NCBI RefSeq assembly: GCF_018350175.1
Contig: NC_058368.1
Location: 44,270,001 to 44,334,000, forward strand
DNA length: 64,000 nucleotides
Origin: Felis catus
Lineage: Eukaryota
Direction of reading: 5' to 3'
Positions 38,411 to 51,772 of the stretch are shown here, piece by piece (the first letter of the stretch is position 1; every line of letters starts with the position of its first letter). A program made the position numbers and the translations under genes. Below the pieces are notes generated by a model. The model was given only the letters and a program-made list of their open reading frames with translations. It ran no database searches and had not been told where the DNA came from.

Positions 38411-40879
38411 AGTGATAACAGCTTCCCCCAAATTGGTAAATAGGATTCATACTATTTATGAATTTCATACTAGGCCAATACATAGACCCCCACACCAAAA
38501 ATATAAGGAGAAAATTTAAAACACTACAGCTAAATAATTATAAAGGGATATCACAATCAACAAAAAGAAAATAAATACATCAGCCAACAACCTGCATGTT
38601 ACTTCCACAAATTCTATGTCTCAAAGACCTGTTAATTATTGTTTCTTGGGCATTTCATACATGCTTTGCTCACAGTTAATGATTAGGTCACACCTTACCC
38701 CAAAATAATTTGAATAGTGCACTGTCTGAAATAAAATTATATAAGCTAACTATTTAAATCAAGATACAATAAATTCTCTCATGATGGAAAACAAGCTGCC
38801 TCAAAATATCAATGCCTACAAACCATGCCAAAAAACTACATAATCAAATGATTTAGGAAAATTCTAATGTCTAAGCAACCACAACAGTCAGTATATTCAA
38901 AGAAAACAGTTGATTGTTTGCATATGTGTGTGCACATCCACATAAATTTGTGTGTCTGTGTGTGAACACATACATGTATACATGCATACATAGATAGGTG
39001 CAGACACATAGATATGCATGCACATAGGTATTTTTGATAACCTGAGCTGTTTAGTTTATTTAAAGCATAATAATTCCTTTATGTTTTTGTTTTTGGCTTA
39101 GTTTTCTCTTGTTTTATATCAAAAGGAGAAGAATAATATCAATTTTTGTGTTTTTGCTTCATAAAATATAATCCACATGTTTACATGTGATAAAATAAGT
39201 TTTACTCCACCAGCATGCTCCCTTATTTCCCACAATTTGCTTTGGTTGCTTATTTCCCACAATTTGCAATATTATTTGTGATTTATAATCAGTTTTTTAC
39301 AATACTTGATTTCAACAATGTGTTGCATGTGATATACCGGTGTTGTTCCAAATTGTTTTATACTGGACTCATAGATAACTATAACCCCTTGGCTTCTATG
39401 TATTGGCAAAACCACTTAGTGACTATCACAAAAACTATCTGAAACAATTCTCTTTCCCCTTTCTCACTTATCACTTTGATAAAAAAAAAATCTAACACAA
39501 TTCTGTAACACTCATTTACATCCTGGGTCAAAAAATGATTCAAGTTCATGTAAATAATGTATATTTATATAAACAACAGTTTTTAATCATCAAAAAACCC
39601 TTTCTCAAATTCCTACTAATTTATATCAGAATACTCTATAACATTTTGATACCTAAATAAATGTTTCCCTTAAGATCAGGAAAATTCCACCCAGATTTTC
39701 TAAAACAAAAGCGTCCAAATTGGTAGCAGAATATGAATGCTTAAATTTTTTTCATAAAGGGAAGTATTTTTTATCTTTCCTTTGTCACATTAGAAAGAAA
39801 ATTTTGGGTGTTTCTCACAGAAAGAGCTGAATTCCCTAGATAGAAGAAAATAGCTTCCTTACTGCATCTCTAGGGATAGATGCCTGGATAATTTTCTTTA
39901 GAAAGAATGAAATTTTCTTACCTTTATGTATGGCAGAATTATATTTCCTTAATGATATGACTTCTAGTTAAACAGAGCACCCTTTTTGAACTACATGTGC
40001 CATCACAGATTACTGTGAATAAGTAAACTGAAAAAGATATACATGGCAAGATAGGAATGAGTGTGATTAGAATATAATGAAACTCAAAGATGAGAGAATG
40101 AGCTGGGATGAGCCTTCTTTGAAAGATATGTTCAGCAAAATGGGCAAGACAGAGTCCATTTCAAAGACCATGATTCAGAGCACAAGAGCTATGGTGGCTC
40201 AATGTCCACAGAACTAAATTACCAGACTTTGCCTGAGTGAAACAAAAATGATTACCTCTGCCGAAAACTTCCTTGTCCTCATATGGAAGTAATAATCATT
40301 TGCAGGATGTGATATAATTTGTGGTTTATCACTATATACATATAATATGAAAACCTATCTCTGAATTGTCTCTTACAGATGACAAAGAAACCAAAGGAGA
40401 ACCTTCCCTTCCCCCACCAGCACAGTGGTAGGAACATCCTGTACAGGTCGTTGGGCTGAACTAAGCAAAGGTAAAGTGAGAAGGAGAGATCTTCTCTAGT
40501 TTATAAAACTTCAAAAAGTTGTTGACAATTACAAGAGTCCATAAGCATTCCAAATAAATCCATTAGGAAGAATAAGTGCTATCTATCAATCTCTAAACAA
40601 GGATGTAAAAATTTTGTGGATAATCTCTATAGCATTTTCTATCTAGATATGCTCTATTTCCTCTTTAATGTTTTTCTTAACTATTACAAATATTTATTAA
40701 TTTTAAATCTATGAAGTTTATACTGATACACATTAGATATCACTTCTCTATTTTCTATTATCTGTATTTCTAATATTTCTAATATTGCAACAGCAAATTT
40801 TGATTTCATTTTCCAAAACAAATACAGAGTATGTTAAGTTGTATTTTGAGTGAAGTAAACTTTTGTGTGTTTGCCTTGC

Positions 40880-43790
40880 AGCCTAACTGAAACTTGTGAT
40901 GTTTACCACTTGTCTTCTAACTTTGTCTATCGGGTCCTGAGGACTAGTGATTGTGCTGGTTGAGTGAAGCCTGGACAAGGTGGAGAGCATCTTCTTGCTT
41001 TGGGTTCTTATAAAAGCCATTAGTCCTTCAACTTGCTCAGTAAAATGGGTCAGAACAAAACACCTACCTATGATACATTTTGTTTCCATAGTTGAAAAAA
41101 ATCAAAACAATATTGTACTTCTGTTTTAGTGGCTTTGGGTGAATGAAACTACAATTTGTGTTTCACTTTGGAAGGAATACCCTGACATCATTCCCATACA
41201 CATGCTATGACTCCTGGAAACTCCACTCAGGAGGCAGACTCTTGAATTTTCATGAGGCTTATCTCTCAGCCTCCAGAATGCATGTATCTTACCAATTCAT
41301 TCAGGGTACCTGATTCTTTCTTCCCACCAGATCTTGGCACTATAAATGTCATAGACTGATATGCTATGCTATGGGGTAGTGAAATGATCAGCATCCCTGT
41401 GGGTTAATTAGAATCTATTACAAGAGTGTTAATGTAATGCAGAGGTAGGAAAATGAAGGTATATTTCTGTATCCTGATAGATTGAATCAAATTACATCTG
41501 GTGTTTTCTCTTAGAGAATGGAGGAAAAGCATTTAGCAGATGGATAGCTTCATACCAGGGGATGCATTCATTTTCTCCACTATCATTTTTAAGACACATC
41601 TGTCTCCCATACAGACCAATCAGATGAGTTAAAGGTGGATATACTATCTACATTTTTCAAGTGTTTAATAATAGTGGTTATTAATGTAGTTCACTCAGTA
41701 ATATAGTATTGTTATCACTTTGCTATTTTCCTAAGAAAATTTGGTTCCAGAGGTTACAATTCTCCCATCTTATAATAATGATTCTTACTTTTAAGGTCAG
41801 GGAACCAAGGTGGTATTTCTATTAACTGTTGAGTATGTCTATTTTATTCAGGATCCAGGAAAGTTTTTATTAGGTTGATGAATACAGAAAACTCACGATG
41901 ATATGGAATCAGTTCCAAAAACTACTTTCACTAGTAGATCACCTCTGGATCACAAGAAATTACTAAGCTCAGTAAATCAATCAGATAACTGGAAATGTTT
42001 ATTCCTTGAATGAATGCTTACACTGGTAAATGGCCAATTATCTTTTAGGATGGAAGTCTAAAAGAAGGGTATAAATACATAATTAAAATATCAATACAAG
42101 ATCTTTCCTTAAATCATAAATCTGCCTGCTCTTCAATCCTTCAGGTGAGTGATACTGCCTTTCTGAACTTAACTAGGTCTGGGAATTGGATCAAATTGGA
42201 TCAAAATGAGTCTCCATTGGGATGACCAATATATGCTCTACTTTTAATTAGACTTAGACTTATATTTTGATTATGCAAAATGTACGGTCTCAGATGGCTG
42301 GCCATTTCTTTTTGTGCCGAGAACAGCAATTAGTCATTGCCAATACTCCAGCATGTCAGCTATCCGATTATAAACTTGTTGCCTATTACGGTAAGCATGT
42401 CCGCCTTTCCTATAGACGTCAGGTGATGTGTCTTTGCCTCTGACACTCTAGGATTCCATCATCTCCATGGAAATCAATTAGCTAATTTCAAGCATCTTCC
42501 ATATTTATTCCTATCCTATAAAGAACAACCATTATAGTGTTTTCAATGATACTTATAAAATATATTCCTCGGGGTGGTTGGGTGGTTCATTTGGGTAAGC
42601 GTCCGACTTCAGCTCAGGTCATGATAATCTCATGGTTCTTGAGTTCATGCCCTGCGTCAGGCTCTGTGCTGACAGCCCAGAGCCTGAAGCCTGCTTCAGA
42701 TTCTGTGTCTCCCTCTCTCTCTGCCCCTCCCCTGCTCATGCTCTATCTCTTTCTTCTTCAAAAATAAATAAACATTAAAAAATTTAAAACATATTCCTCA
42801 ATGTCATTGAGATTTAAACAGTTCCTTAGCCCACTGGGCACCTAATTATGAGATGATAAAATAAGTTATTTATAATGAAATCTAAAATTTGTATCTCCTC
42901 AGTTTTTGGAGTTTTTTTCATCTTATCATAATAAGGAATTGCAGCAGGCATCACAATTTCAGTAATCAGAGACTAAGTTTGATTTGTGGTTCAATCCAGT
43001 AACCAAGGAAAGGCATAAACTAGGAAAATGCATAATCTCTGTTAATTTCTCTCAAACTCCCATTTCTATAGGCAACTGAATCTAATAGAGTTATTCTTTT
43101 CAAGTACATTCACAGACATTCCCACACATTATTTTCATGCCTCTGAAGATAAGTAAAACCTTGTGTTGTTCCTATGTAAAACTTTTTTCTGGCCAGATAT
43201 TTTCTTGCCCACTGAGAGGAAGTTTGAAGTTTGGAGGCAATAAGAAATGATAGAACTGGGAGATAAGGAGAACTGGTATCCCTTGGATTGTCTGGGGAAG
43301 CTGTGACCTTAAGTGAGGCCATTTCAAAATAAGCAGGGACAAGCCTTCAAAAACAAAGGCACAGAGGCACCTTATATTGATAAGACAGGCCCAGAGGCTT
43401 TGAGCAGATTTTGATATTTAGTACTATCTAATTCTATCCAGGTGTCTTCATTGCACATCACAGGATCCAGTTCTTTCCCAACCAACTTTCAGATGAGGGA
43501 CTGAGTGAAACTAGACACTGAATATAATTTAACAACCTGTAGCATAAGCTTCATTCTCACTGTAAGATTTTATAACAGCAGCTGCCATGTCTATCAAAGC
43601 CCAGCCTTCCATAGAAACTTCATTTACACTACTGAAGATAATGACTTGATTGCTTTGTCCTCTATAATATGAATAGCCAATGTCCTATACACAAAGCAAA
43701 TGCATGCTTGAATCTCTTCCAACTTATCTATCTAGATGATTAAAACCCATATTTCCATATTGTTGAGTGTTGCTAAAGAGATTTCTGATG
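40880..43790 (-). mobile_element. ERVL internal region (gag-pol RT), decayed
   Basis: Minus 41521-41557 translates WYEAIHLLNAF, matching ERV-L RT WYAAIDLANAF. 'SPQDPID' resembles 'GPYDPAD' of the RT connection region. Confidence 0.65.
42571..42784 (+). mobile_element. CAN-SINE
   Basis: TSD taaaa(t/c)atattcctc. Confidence 0.95.
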
Positions 43791-44015
43791 TAATTTTCTA
43801 TTGGTTAGAATACAGGTGAGAATAAAATCCACTTCAGCTAGCATAAGAATGGAGGACAGATCTCATAGTGATAAATAGCTTACTGAATTATTTGAGGATG
43901 TGAAGAAACTAATTCTAGTCTGACCTGACCTGTAAAGCCACAGTACTGAAATGGGTTTCCTAGTTGCTGCTCCCTGACACTTTCAGAAACTGTATAATTA
44001 AGAATCAGCCTACCA

Positions 44016-44231
44016 GGTACCTGGGTGGCTCAGTCAGTTGAGCATCCAACTTTGGCTCAGGTCATGTTCTCAGTTTGTGAGTTCCAACCCTGCGTCAGGT
44101 TCTGTGCTGACAGCACAGAGCCTGGAGCCTGCTTCAGATTCTTTGTCTCCCTCTCTTTCTGCCCCCTCCTCCGCTTGTGCTGGGTGTCTCTCTCTCAAAA
44201 ATAAATACACGTTAAAAAAACATTAAAGAAA
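44016..44231 (+). mobile_element. CAN-SINE
   Basis: TSD aagaatcagcc(t/c)acca. Confidence 0.95.
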
Positions 44232-45199
44232 AAGAATCAGCCCACCAAATTAGGAGATTCATGCTACAAATATCAACTCTTTATCTGTAGTTGCTTTTAC
44301 TAAAATCAGAAAGCTTTCTGTTGATTTGGAAAGCTTCAAGAAAATTATCACCTCTGGCACAATCTGTAATCTCTAGTGCTGTCTCTTTTTCCCTGTTTGA
44401 TTCAGTTCTAAATTTAAGTTTACTGTGAGTATACTTTATTCATAAGATCTTGTAAGATTCTCTAATGGGATCTGAAAAATACAGTTTATAGTGTTCCAGC
44501 CTCTTCATGCTAGGGTATGATGTTGGATGTTTGTTAAATGAGATATTTTAAAAACCTCTCCCTCACTAATAGAGTCTTTTGAATTTTCATCATTATTTTA
44601 CATTCACCCTTTTCCCCTATTTTAAACTATTAACCATTTTCCTGGACTTTTTGGATGTAGGTGAGATTAAAGCATGTGCTCAATTTACTGGACTCTTGCA
44701 AGACCATTCCCAGATTAAAAGACTTTGCCAAAATTGGTGACCTTAAATTTCTGGAAGACTTCTCTAAGCAATTTTATTTGCAATATGTGCCTTAGTTATT
44801 ACACTGAATGCCCTAGAACTTGTTACTCTATACACACTTTTGGGAAAAAATTATGCCAAATTTCAATATGTCAAGCTGTGATTAATCAACTTGGTTCCCC
44901 AAAAGATTAAATTACTACTGCAAAAGGTCAATAAATGCTAATGATTGTTATCTGGCCTTAGAACTATGAACAGAATTCTTAAAAAATGATTTTATAGAAA
45001 AAATAACTAGGTCATTTTGGAATAAATGATTAGAAATGTCAACTGAATTTGTTACTTTTGTTGTGAAAAACTTTGTCATTCAATAGACAATTAGTGTCTC
45101 TTTTTCATAGGATATTGTGCTAAAAAGAACACCAGTCATATGGAATAAATATTGGTCTTCATTCTTATCGAAACAGAATGGAAAGAAAATGTAGCTGCA

Positions 45200-46420
45200 G
45201 TTTTTTGTTCAACAATACTTATTAAGTACCTAGTATGTGGCTGGTATTTGTAAAGATTCTGAGGAGTGTATATAAAGGAGTGTATATAAAGGAGAATAAA
45301 GATTCTGAGGAGTGTATATAAAGGAGACTGGAGATGTTCCAAGAGCTTAAATATAGTGGACTTTCTAAGCACTCTGTTATTAATTCTTAGTATGTCATGC
45401 TATTCAGATTAAGGGGCTATTTTTACCATTTTAATAATGAAGAAACAAAGGCTCAAAGAAGTTTTATATCCACAAAGTCAAACTGAGAATGTGTGTTGTC
45501 CCCAAATCCAGGTATTTTATGCAGCATCAACCATATTGCTTACAATCTAAAAGGTTAGACAGAAATATGAGCAACTAATTAATTTTCTCACAATGAGTAG
45601 AATGATAAGCATATCAGTATAGATGTAAAGTATTTAGGACGGCTAGAGAAGAGAGTGCTCTATTTTGAATGGAAAGATAAAAAAGAGTTCATGGTAAGAA
45701 TTGGTGATTATGAAATTACTAGATCACTTTTAAGAGGTAGAGATTTAGAGAAAAGTATGAGCACAATTCTACCCATAACAGTGAGTGATGCATACAACGT
45801 GACATCACTAGAAGGATTTATTCAGAAAAGGCTTGAAACAGAAATTCTGGCTAAAAGACTGTTAACAGTTCATGTGAAGGATAATTAAAGGAAGTAGGGC
45901 AGTAGTAATAGTGAACTAAAACTAAAGCCTGAAGAAACACTGGAGTTAAACACAGAAAAACTAGAGTCAAACTCGGAAAAACTTGGGACAAACTGAATAT
46001 TATGTGTAAATGAAAATGGAAACTAAAAGTATTTCTGCTATTTTGGTATGGTAGACTGAAAGTATTTTGATGCTTATGGAGACAGTAGAATGAAAAGTTT
46101 GGAGAACAGGTAGAAAAAATACAATTTGAGACATTTCAATTTTCTTATGCATATGGAGATATAACAAACATGCCAAACTTCATTAAAGTCAAAAGATCAG
46201 GAAGTCAGAACAAAGATATAGACTTAGAAGCCATGCATATAGAAAAGATGATTGTAGTGGTGAGGTTAAAAAAAAATGTAGAGCATCTTTTTAAAGTGCC
46301 AAAAACATAATTTTACAAAATCCCTATACTTGAGGATCATATATGCTGATTTAGGAAAATAGATAGAATGAGGAAGAGCACAAGAAGAGTGCTCAGAAGC
46401 AAAAGAGTAAGGATTTTAAG
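45200..46420 (-). mobile_element. L2 LINE remnant with an embedded MIR (about 45370-45540)
   Basis: 'ttgttcaacaatacttattaagtacctagtatgtg' is L2 3'-end-like and is followed by a purine-rich L2 body. Confidence 0.5.
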
Positions 46421-46611
46421 CAGAACAGTTTTTTTCTCAAAGGGACAAATAGTATGAAGACACGACAATGTAAATGTTCTAATTTGTAAGTTACAGTATA
46501 TTTGTTAGGGCCATTAACATAGTCTTTATCCTCCTGTATTTGTTAGAATATTTAGACCTGTAAGATGTTACACATACACATTGGGAACATTTTCTTTTTT
46601 CACCTTATTAT

Positions 46612-46796
46612 TAATTTTATTTTTGTCCCAGCTTAATTGAGATATAATAGATGTGTAACATTGTGTATATTGAAGGCGTACAACATGATGATTTGATATA
46701 TTTATAAATTGCAAAATTATTATCATAGCATTAATTAACACCTCCATCATGTCACATAATTATCATTTAATTTTTGTGGTGAGAACATTTAAGATT
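46612..46796 (-). mobile_element. L1MA-type 3' end fragment
   Basis: 'cagcttaattgagatataat...gtacaacatgatgatttgatata...gtggtgagaacatttaagat'. Confidence 0.8.
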
Positions 46797-46821
46797 GAAT
46801 GCAGGTCTTTATACGACTTTT

Positions 46822-47132
46822 TGTCTCTGCCTAGAACGCTTATCACTCAGACATCAAGAAACCCAGGTTCCTCATCTTTTTGAAACTTTTGGACAAATGC
46901 CATCTTCTCAGCAAAGCATTGCCAATCTGCCTTCCCTGGTCTACTTGTTTATTTTTTCATAGTCCTTAATATGCCCTAATATACTATGTACTTAATGTAC
47001 ATTTTGTTTATTGTTAAATTGTTGTCTTCTACCAAAATGCAAGCTCCCTGAAGAAAGTCATCTAAATTTGTTTTGCCTGCTCATTCATCCCAAATATCTG
47101 GCACGAACTAGGTAGTCAATGCATATTTGTCA
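46822..47132 (+). mobile_element. L2a 3' end
   Basis: 'tctgcctagaacgct...aagctccctgaag...ctggcacgaactaggtagtcaatgcatatttgt'. Confidence 0.65.
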
Positions 47133-48727
47133 ACTTTAGTAATTGAAGTTTCACTTCATTTATTTTATTTCCAAGGAAATTTAGAGTACATTTTTTGCTA
47201 GTTTATACGAAAAGGTGGTGATTTTTATCTTCCATCTGGATTGGCATGATCTGTGGCTTAACATATTCTTGTTTGTTTGCTTTTACTTCCCCCTTCAGAG
47301 AGATGAATTTCCTGGAAAAGATGTTACAGCCTTATTTTTTTCTATTGTTTACGTGGGGAAAAGAAATGCAGAAGGCTAAAAAGGGGGATCTTTGATATCT
47401 TAGGGGCAAATAAAAATATTAGAACGGAAACCCTTTCTTAGCCATTATTTAGTACTTTTAGACCTTTTACAAAGCCCACAGTCCTAAAACAATTGTCCCC
47501 AATCTTTTCATTTATATATTTACATCTCAGTAAAACATCACTATGTAGGTCATTACTACTACAGCCGAAGACAATGCATTGGGATATTGGAGGCTGATTA
47601 GTTGCTAGGCTGTGCTTGTTAACATGCACACTCTTGAGTGAAGAATACATTTGCATATTTCTTTTCTTGTCCAGGATGACACACATTTCTCTTTGCCTGC
47701 CTAATACCATTATCATGTTTGAACATTCTTGTCCTGGGAATTAATTTTTCACAGGTTTTTCTGTTTGCTCTACTTCTTCACTCTGTTTTTGATTCTTTTA
47801 AAATTTATGTTTATGTAATTCTGTCATTAGCCAGTAAATTGTTCAAAACAGCCTTTTTCTTTGATGTTTTTTTTTATTTTTTACTTTGGGTTTGACTCCT
47901 CAGAGAGGATGTGGTTAGGATTTGACCATGGGATGCTGTGCTTTTTTTAATGTTTATGATTTACACTATTCTCTCTGCTCCATTTCATATAGCATGTGTA
48001 TTACCCTAAACACTTAAAACTTGTGTATTTTTCCCAAATACCCTCTAGTCTCAATTCTACTGTAAGCAATTATATCTATTCAACTATCAAGCATTATATA
48101 TTAATACCAATAATCATATACATAGAGATGTAGATCATGAATATTTGGAAATGCATCAGAATGAGACATATACATATAAATGCAAGCTTAAAATATTCCC
48201 CTGAAGGTTTATACTTTACTAAGAGGCTTTTAAAAGAGGGAAAAATGAAAGAGAAAAAGAAAACTAAGAAAAACTTAAAGAGTAAGAAACATGTGTTTTA
48301 AAGGGAAGAAACTAATAAATGCTGCTTTAGTGAACTTCTGGCTCAGATGGCAGAGTAAGATCACTCTCTGATGCATTCTCTCAGTTCCCAACACGGAACA
48401 GTGATAAATAAAATGTAACAATAGAGACAAACAAACAGAAGAACTCCAAATAATACTTAGGATAAGGCTACCAGAATTGCTGTGCTTTGGATTTTGAGGC
48501 TGGTCATGATGGTCAGATTTGGTTCTTACAAGTTAGAGGGCACTGAAAATATTCCAGTTTCAAGAGACTAGCCTCATGGACATAAGAGGATGAAAAAAAA
48601 TCCTTCTGTCCACAGATATTTAGACTAAAGAGATCCCAACCTAAGTTAATAATTTTGAAAGAAAAGATAATAAACAATGGTGTTGTGGAAGAAGTCGTTA
48701 TGCAGATTTCCTAAGGACTTTTCACGT

Positions 48728-48730
<3 letters not shown>

Positions 48731-48776
<46 letters not shown>
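48731..48776. repeat. (CA)n microsatellite
   Basis: Seen directly. Confidence 0.95.
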
Positions 48777-48777
<1 letters not shown>

Positions 48778-49339
48778 AAATACCAAGTATAATAAATAAA
48801 AATACATTTATGCTAAACATATCATAATAACTATGAAATATCAAGTATGAAGACAAAATCTTAAAGACTACTAGAAGAGATAAAACAGATTACCTGCAAA
48901 GAAAAGTTTTTCATAGAGAGTAATCTTTTTAACACTAGCAGCACATGCCAGGAATAATAGAGTTATATCATTTGTTTGTTGGAGAAAAATGCCTGTCCTG
49001 ACTCCTTCAGCCTTTCCCACCCCTCCAGCCAGACTACCTTATTCCTTTAACTTCTTCAGCACTTAGCACCTAAGATTTATTTGTTTACTTAGTGAAATTC
49101 AATTTCAACAATTTGGAAACAACTGTGACATTGAATTCACAATTTTGTGAGACATAAATTTGACTGTTGAAAGGACACTGGTATTTAGGAGTGAAACTTT
49201 AAGATATAAAGTAATATCTACCTGTCAATTTGACTTAACAGATCTTGCTTGGCCCCTGTTTATGCTATAATGGTAGATGACAACTTGCATGGGGATTTAT
49301 CTCCCAAATCAGTAGCAGTGTAAAAGAAATGCCATGAAT

Positions 49340-49561
49340 GGGGCGCCTGGGTGGCTTGGTCGGTAAAGCGTCAGACTTTGGCTCAGGTCATGATCTCACG
49401 GTCCGTGAGTTCAAGCCCCGCGTCGGGCTCTGTGCTGACAGCTCAGAGCCTGGAGCCTGTTTCAGATTCTGTGTCTCCCTCTCTCTCTGCCCCTCCCCCG
49501 TTCATGCTCTGTCTCTCTCTGTCCCAAAAATAAATAAACGTTGAAAAAAAATTAAAAAAAA
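49340..49561 (+). mobile_element. Felid CAN-SINE
   Basis: TSD aaaagaaatgccatg. Confidence 0.97.
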
Positions 49562-49689
49562 AAAAGAAATGCCATGGGACATATAAATAAACAATATACT
49601 TTATCTAAATTAGGTAATAGTTCAGTTATTTATATGAAAATGGCATTTAAAATGACAATATATAGATTTTTTAATATGGCATATTCTTG

Positions 49690-49897
49690 CTCTTCTGTTG
49701 TTTGAATTAACCTGCTGGGCTCTTTCAGAAGGTAGTGCATTCTCTGGGCTTATAAACCCGACTTGCTTGGAATTCAGTGGAGGAAATTCATGAATCAGGA
49801 ACTCTCAGAGTGGTCTTTAAGCTACTTGCACATGAAAGATTTTCAGATTCAAAGTCTCAGTCATTCCACCAGGCAACCATGAGCATCTGAGAAGGTT

Positions 49898-49935
<38 letters not shown>

Positions 49936-50390
49936 GCCAAAGAGAATATGAAATGGGTAGTAGAAGAAAGTCATCCTAAATACCAGGTATGGCCATACTA
50001 GTTCCAGAGTCCAGGACTGTAACAGTTATAAGTAATTTATTCCTTATTTTGATATGGATATATTTATAAATATATTTTGCATTTTTTCTCCCTTCTCTCA
50101 ATCCCATGCCATCTGACATAATATATCTTAATAGCAGTTAATTGTATATCTCAGGAAATACATTTCTGAGAATACTAAAGGAGGAATGTGAGTCTGTGAG
50201 AAGCATGTACTTTTATAAAGATGGATAAAGAAATGATGTATCCTCTCTTGAGGGTACACCTCTGATCGGTGTGTTTTCAATTGCACAAGAAAGACAGCAT
50301 CATGTTCACAGCACGTGATTTTGCTATGACCTTAATTTGAATGTAAGCATGGTGAAGTGCCATACACTGATGCCAAAATGACAATATTTA
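49690..50390 (+). mobile_element. ERVL internal 3' end, decayed
   Basis: Translates KVSVIPPGN and KENMKWVVEESHPKYQVWP, resembling the ERV-L pol C-terminus (KVWVTPPGK; EWVVEEGSHQYQLRP). Confidence 0.65.
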
Positions 50391-50391
50391 G

Positions 50392-50945
50392 ATTTTAGTG
50401 GATTGTGGTCTGTAAATTTAGCTAAGCTAGGACTACATTTCCCAAAAACGAAATGGTTGTAGGTTAGTTTCAGCCACAGGAAATATTTTGCACACAACGG
50501 GCATGATTAAAGTCAAGCATCCAAGAAGCAGTACCTATATCCTTTTTCTCTTAGGAGCTGGGCACAGGGCACTTAGCTGCTAGTACAGGGCATCCATGCT
50601 ACTGCTCATCTGTTGTCTCACTAGTTCTCAGCAACTCTGGTTCCAGGTTTCTTGAATTCCAGGCCAGCATCTTCCAACTATGGGGAAGGTGTTGGGTCCA
50701 CAGCCCCTTTAGCTTCTCCAACACCCGGGCTAGGTTAAAAAAAGGTGGGGAGGGGCACTAGCTTTTCCTGAAAGTTGTTACTCTGAAGGCTCATAGAGGG
50801 TCAGAGAGCAACATGGTTCCCGGCTTTCCCTCACAGCTTCCAGTTCCTTTATGCTTCTCCACACTTTTCACTTCATATGAAAATTCTCTGCTCTCCTCTT
50901 TCCTTAAATGTCTGTCCTGATACTACATAATTAACACCAGGCAAA
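50392..50945 (+). mobile_element. ERVL-class 3' LTR
   Basis: Follows the ERVL internal end. 'ttagctaagctaggactacatttccca' is a typical ERVL-LTR 5' phrase. Confidence 0.5.
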
Positions 50946-50951
50946 GTCTAA

Positions 50952-51460
50952 TGTCGGGTCCAAAGCCAGGCTGCCCCAAAATGCGCCACTTTGCCATACT
51001 GATTACGTATGTATGTATGTATGTATGTATGTATGTATGTATTTTTAATTTTAATTAAAAGTTACCTAAAAGACAGCCTGTGCAAGAACACTCAGACCCC
51101 TTCTGTATTTCTGAAGGCAGGAAATAAATCTCCCATGTGAAAGAGACCCCCCCTCCTTATACTAGGAGTTAGTAGATATCAGAGATAGCTTATCATCAGA
51201 GATAAGAAATTTAGAGCCAAGAAGGCTGTATAAACAACTTTGTTACTTTTTAATAATTTACTACCTTAGCCCAAATTCTGTTTAGACATCCTTACTAACC
51301 GAAGCTCTTAAAGTTTTCTTTGTCCTGTCAATTCCTCACGGAGTTATAGCTTCTGTCTAAAAAAGTATAAAAACTGCTTGCCTTGGTCATTTCTTCAGGT
51401 ATCAATTTCATTATTGGGCCTCTGTGAGGGTATAAAAAAACTTTGTCTTTTTTCCTTACT
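50952..51460 (+). mobile_element. ERV1 LTR (MER34-like) containing (TATG)n
   Basis: 'gctgccccaaaatgcgccactttgccatactgatta', TATA 'gtataaaaactgc' and (TATG)n at about 51007-51041. Confidence 0.6.
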
Positions 51461-51545
51461 TTATTTTTTTTGAAATTTTGGAGTTTGTATTTTGAAAAGC
51501 ATTCCCATATATCAGGGTAAACTCCAAGTGGATTACATATTTGGT

Positions 51546-51772
51546 TATTTATTTATTTATTTATTTTTTCAACGTTTATTTATTTTTGGGACAGAGAGAG
51601 ACAGAGCATGAACGGGGGAGGGGCAGAGAGAGAGGGAGACACAGAATCGGAAACAGGCTCCAGGCTCTGAGCCATCAGCCCAGAGCCTGACGCGGGGCTT
51701 GAACTCCCGGACCGCGAGATCGTGACCTGGCTGAAGTCGGACGCTCCACCGACTGCGCCACCCAGGCGCCCC
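51546..51772 (-). mobile_element. Young felid CAN-SINE (SINEC_Fc)
   Basis: CpG-rich head and (AAAT)n tail. No clear TSD. Confidence 0.97.

Noticed and set aside
38410..39750. Possible DNA-transposon remnant interrupting the ERVL
   Set aside because: No terminal inverted repeats or transposase motif could be identified by eye; left unassigned.
45251..45326. CRISPR-like repeat-spacer appearance of short direct repeats
   Set aside because: Only two copies, no unique spacers, no cas genes, and the context is mammalian.
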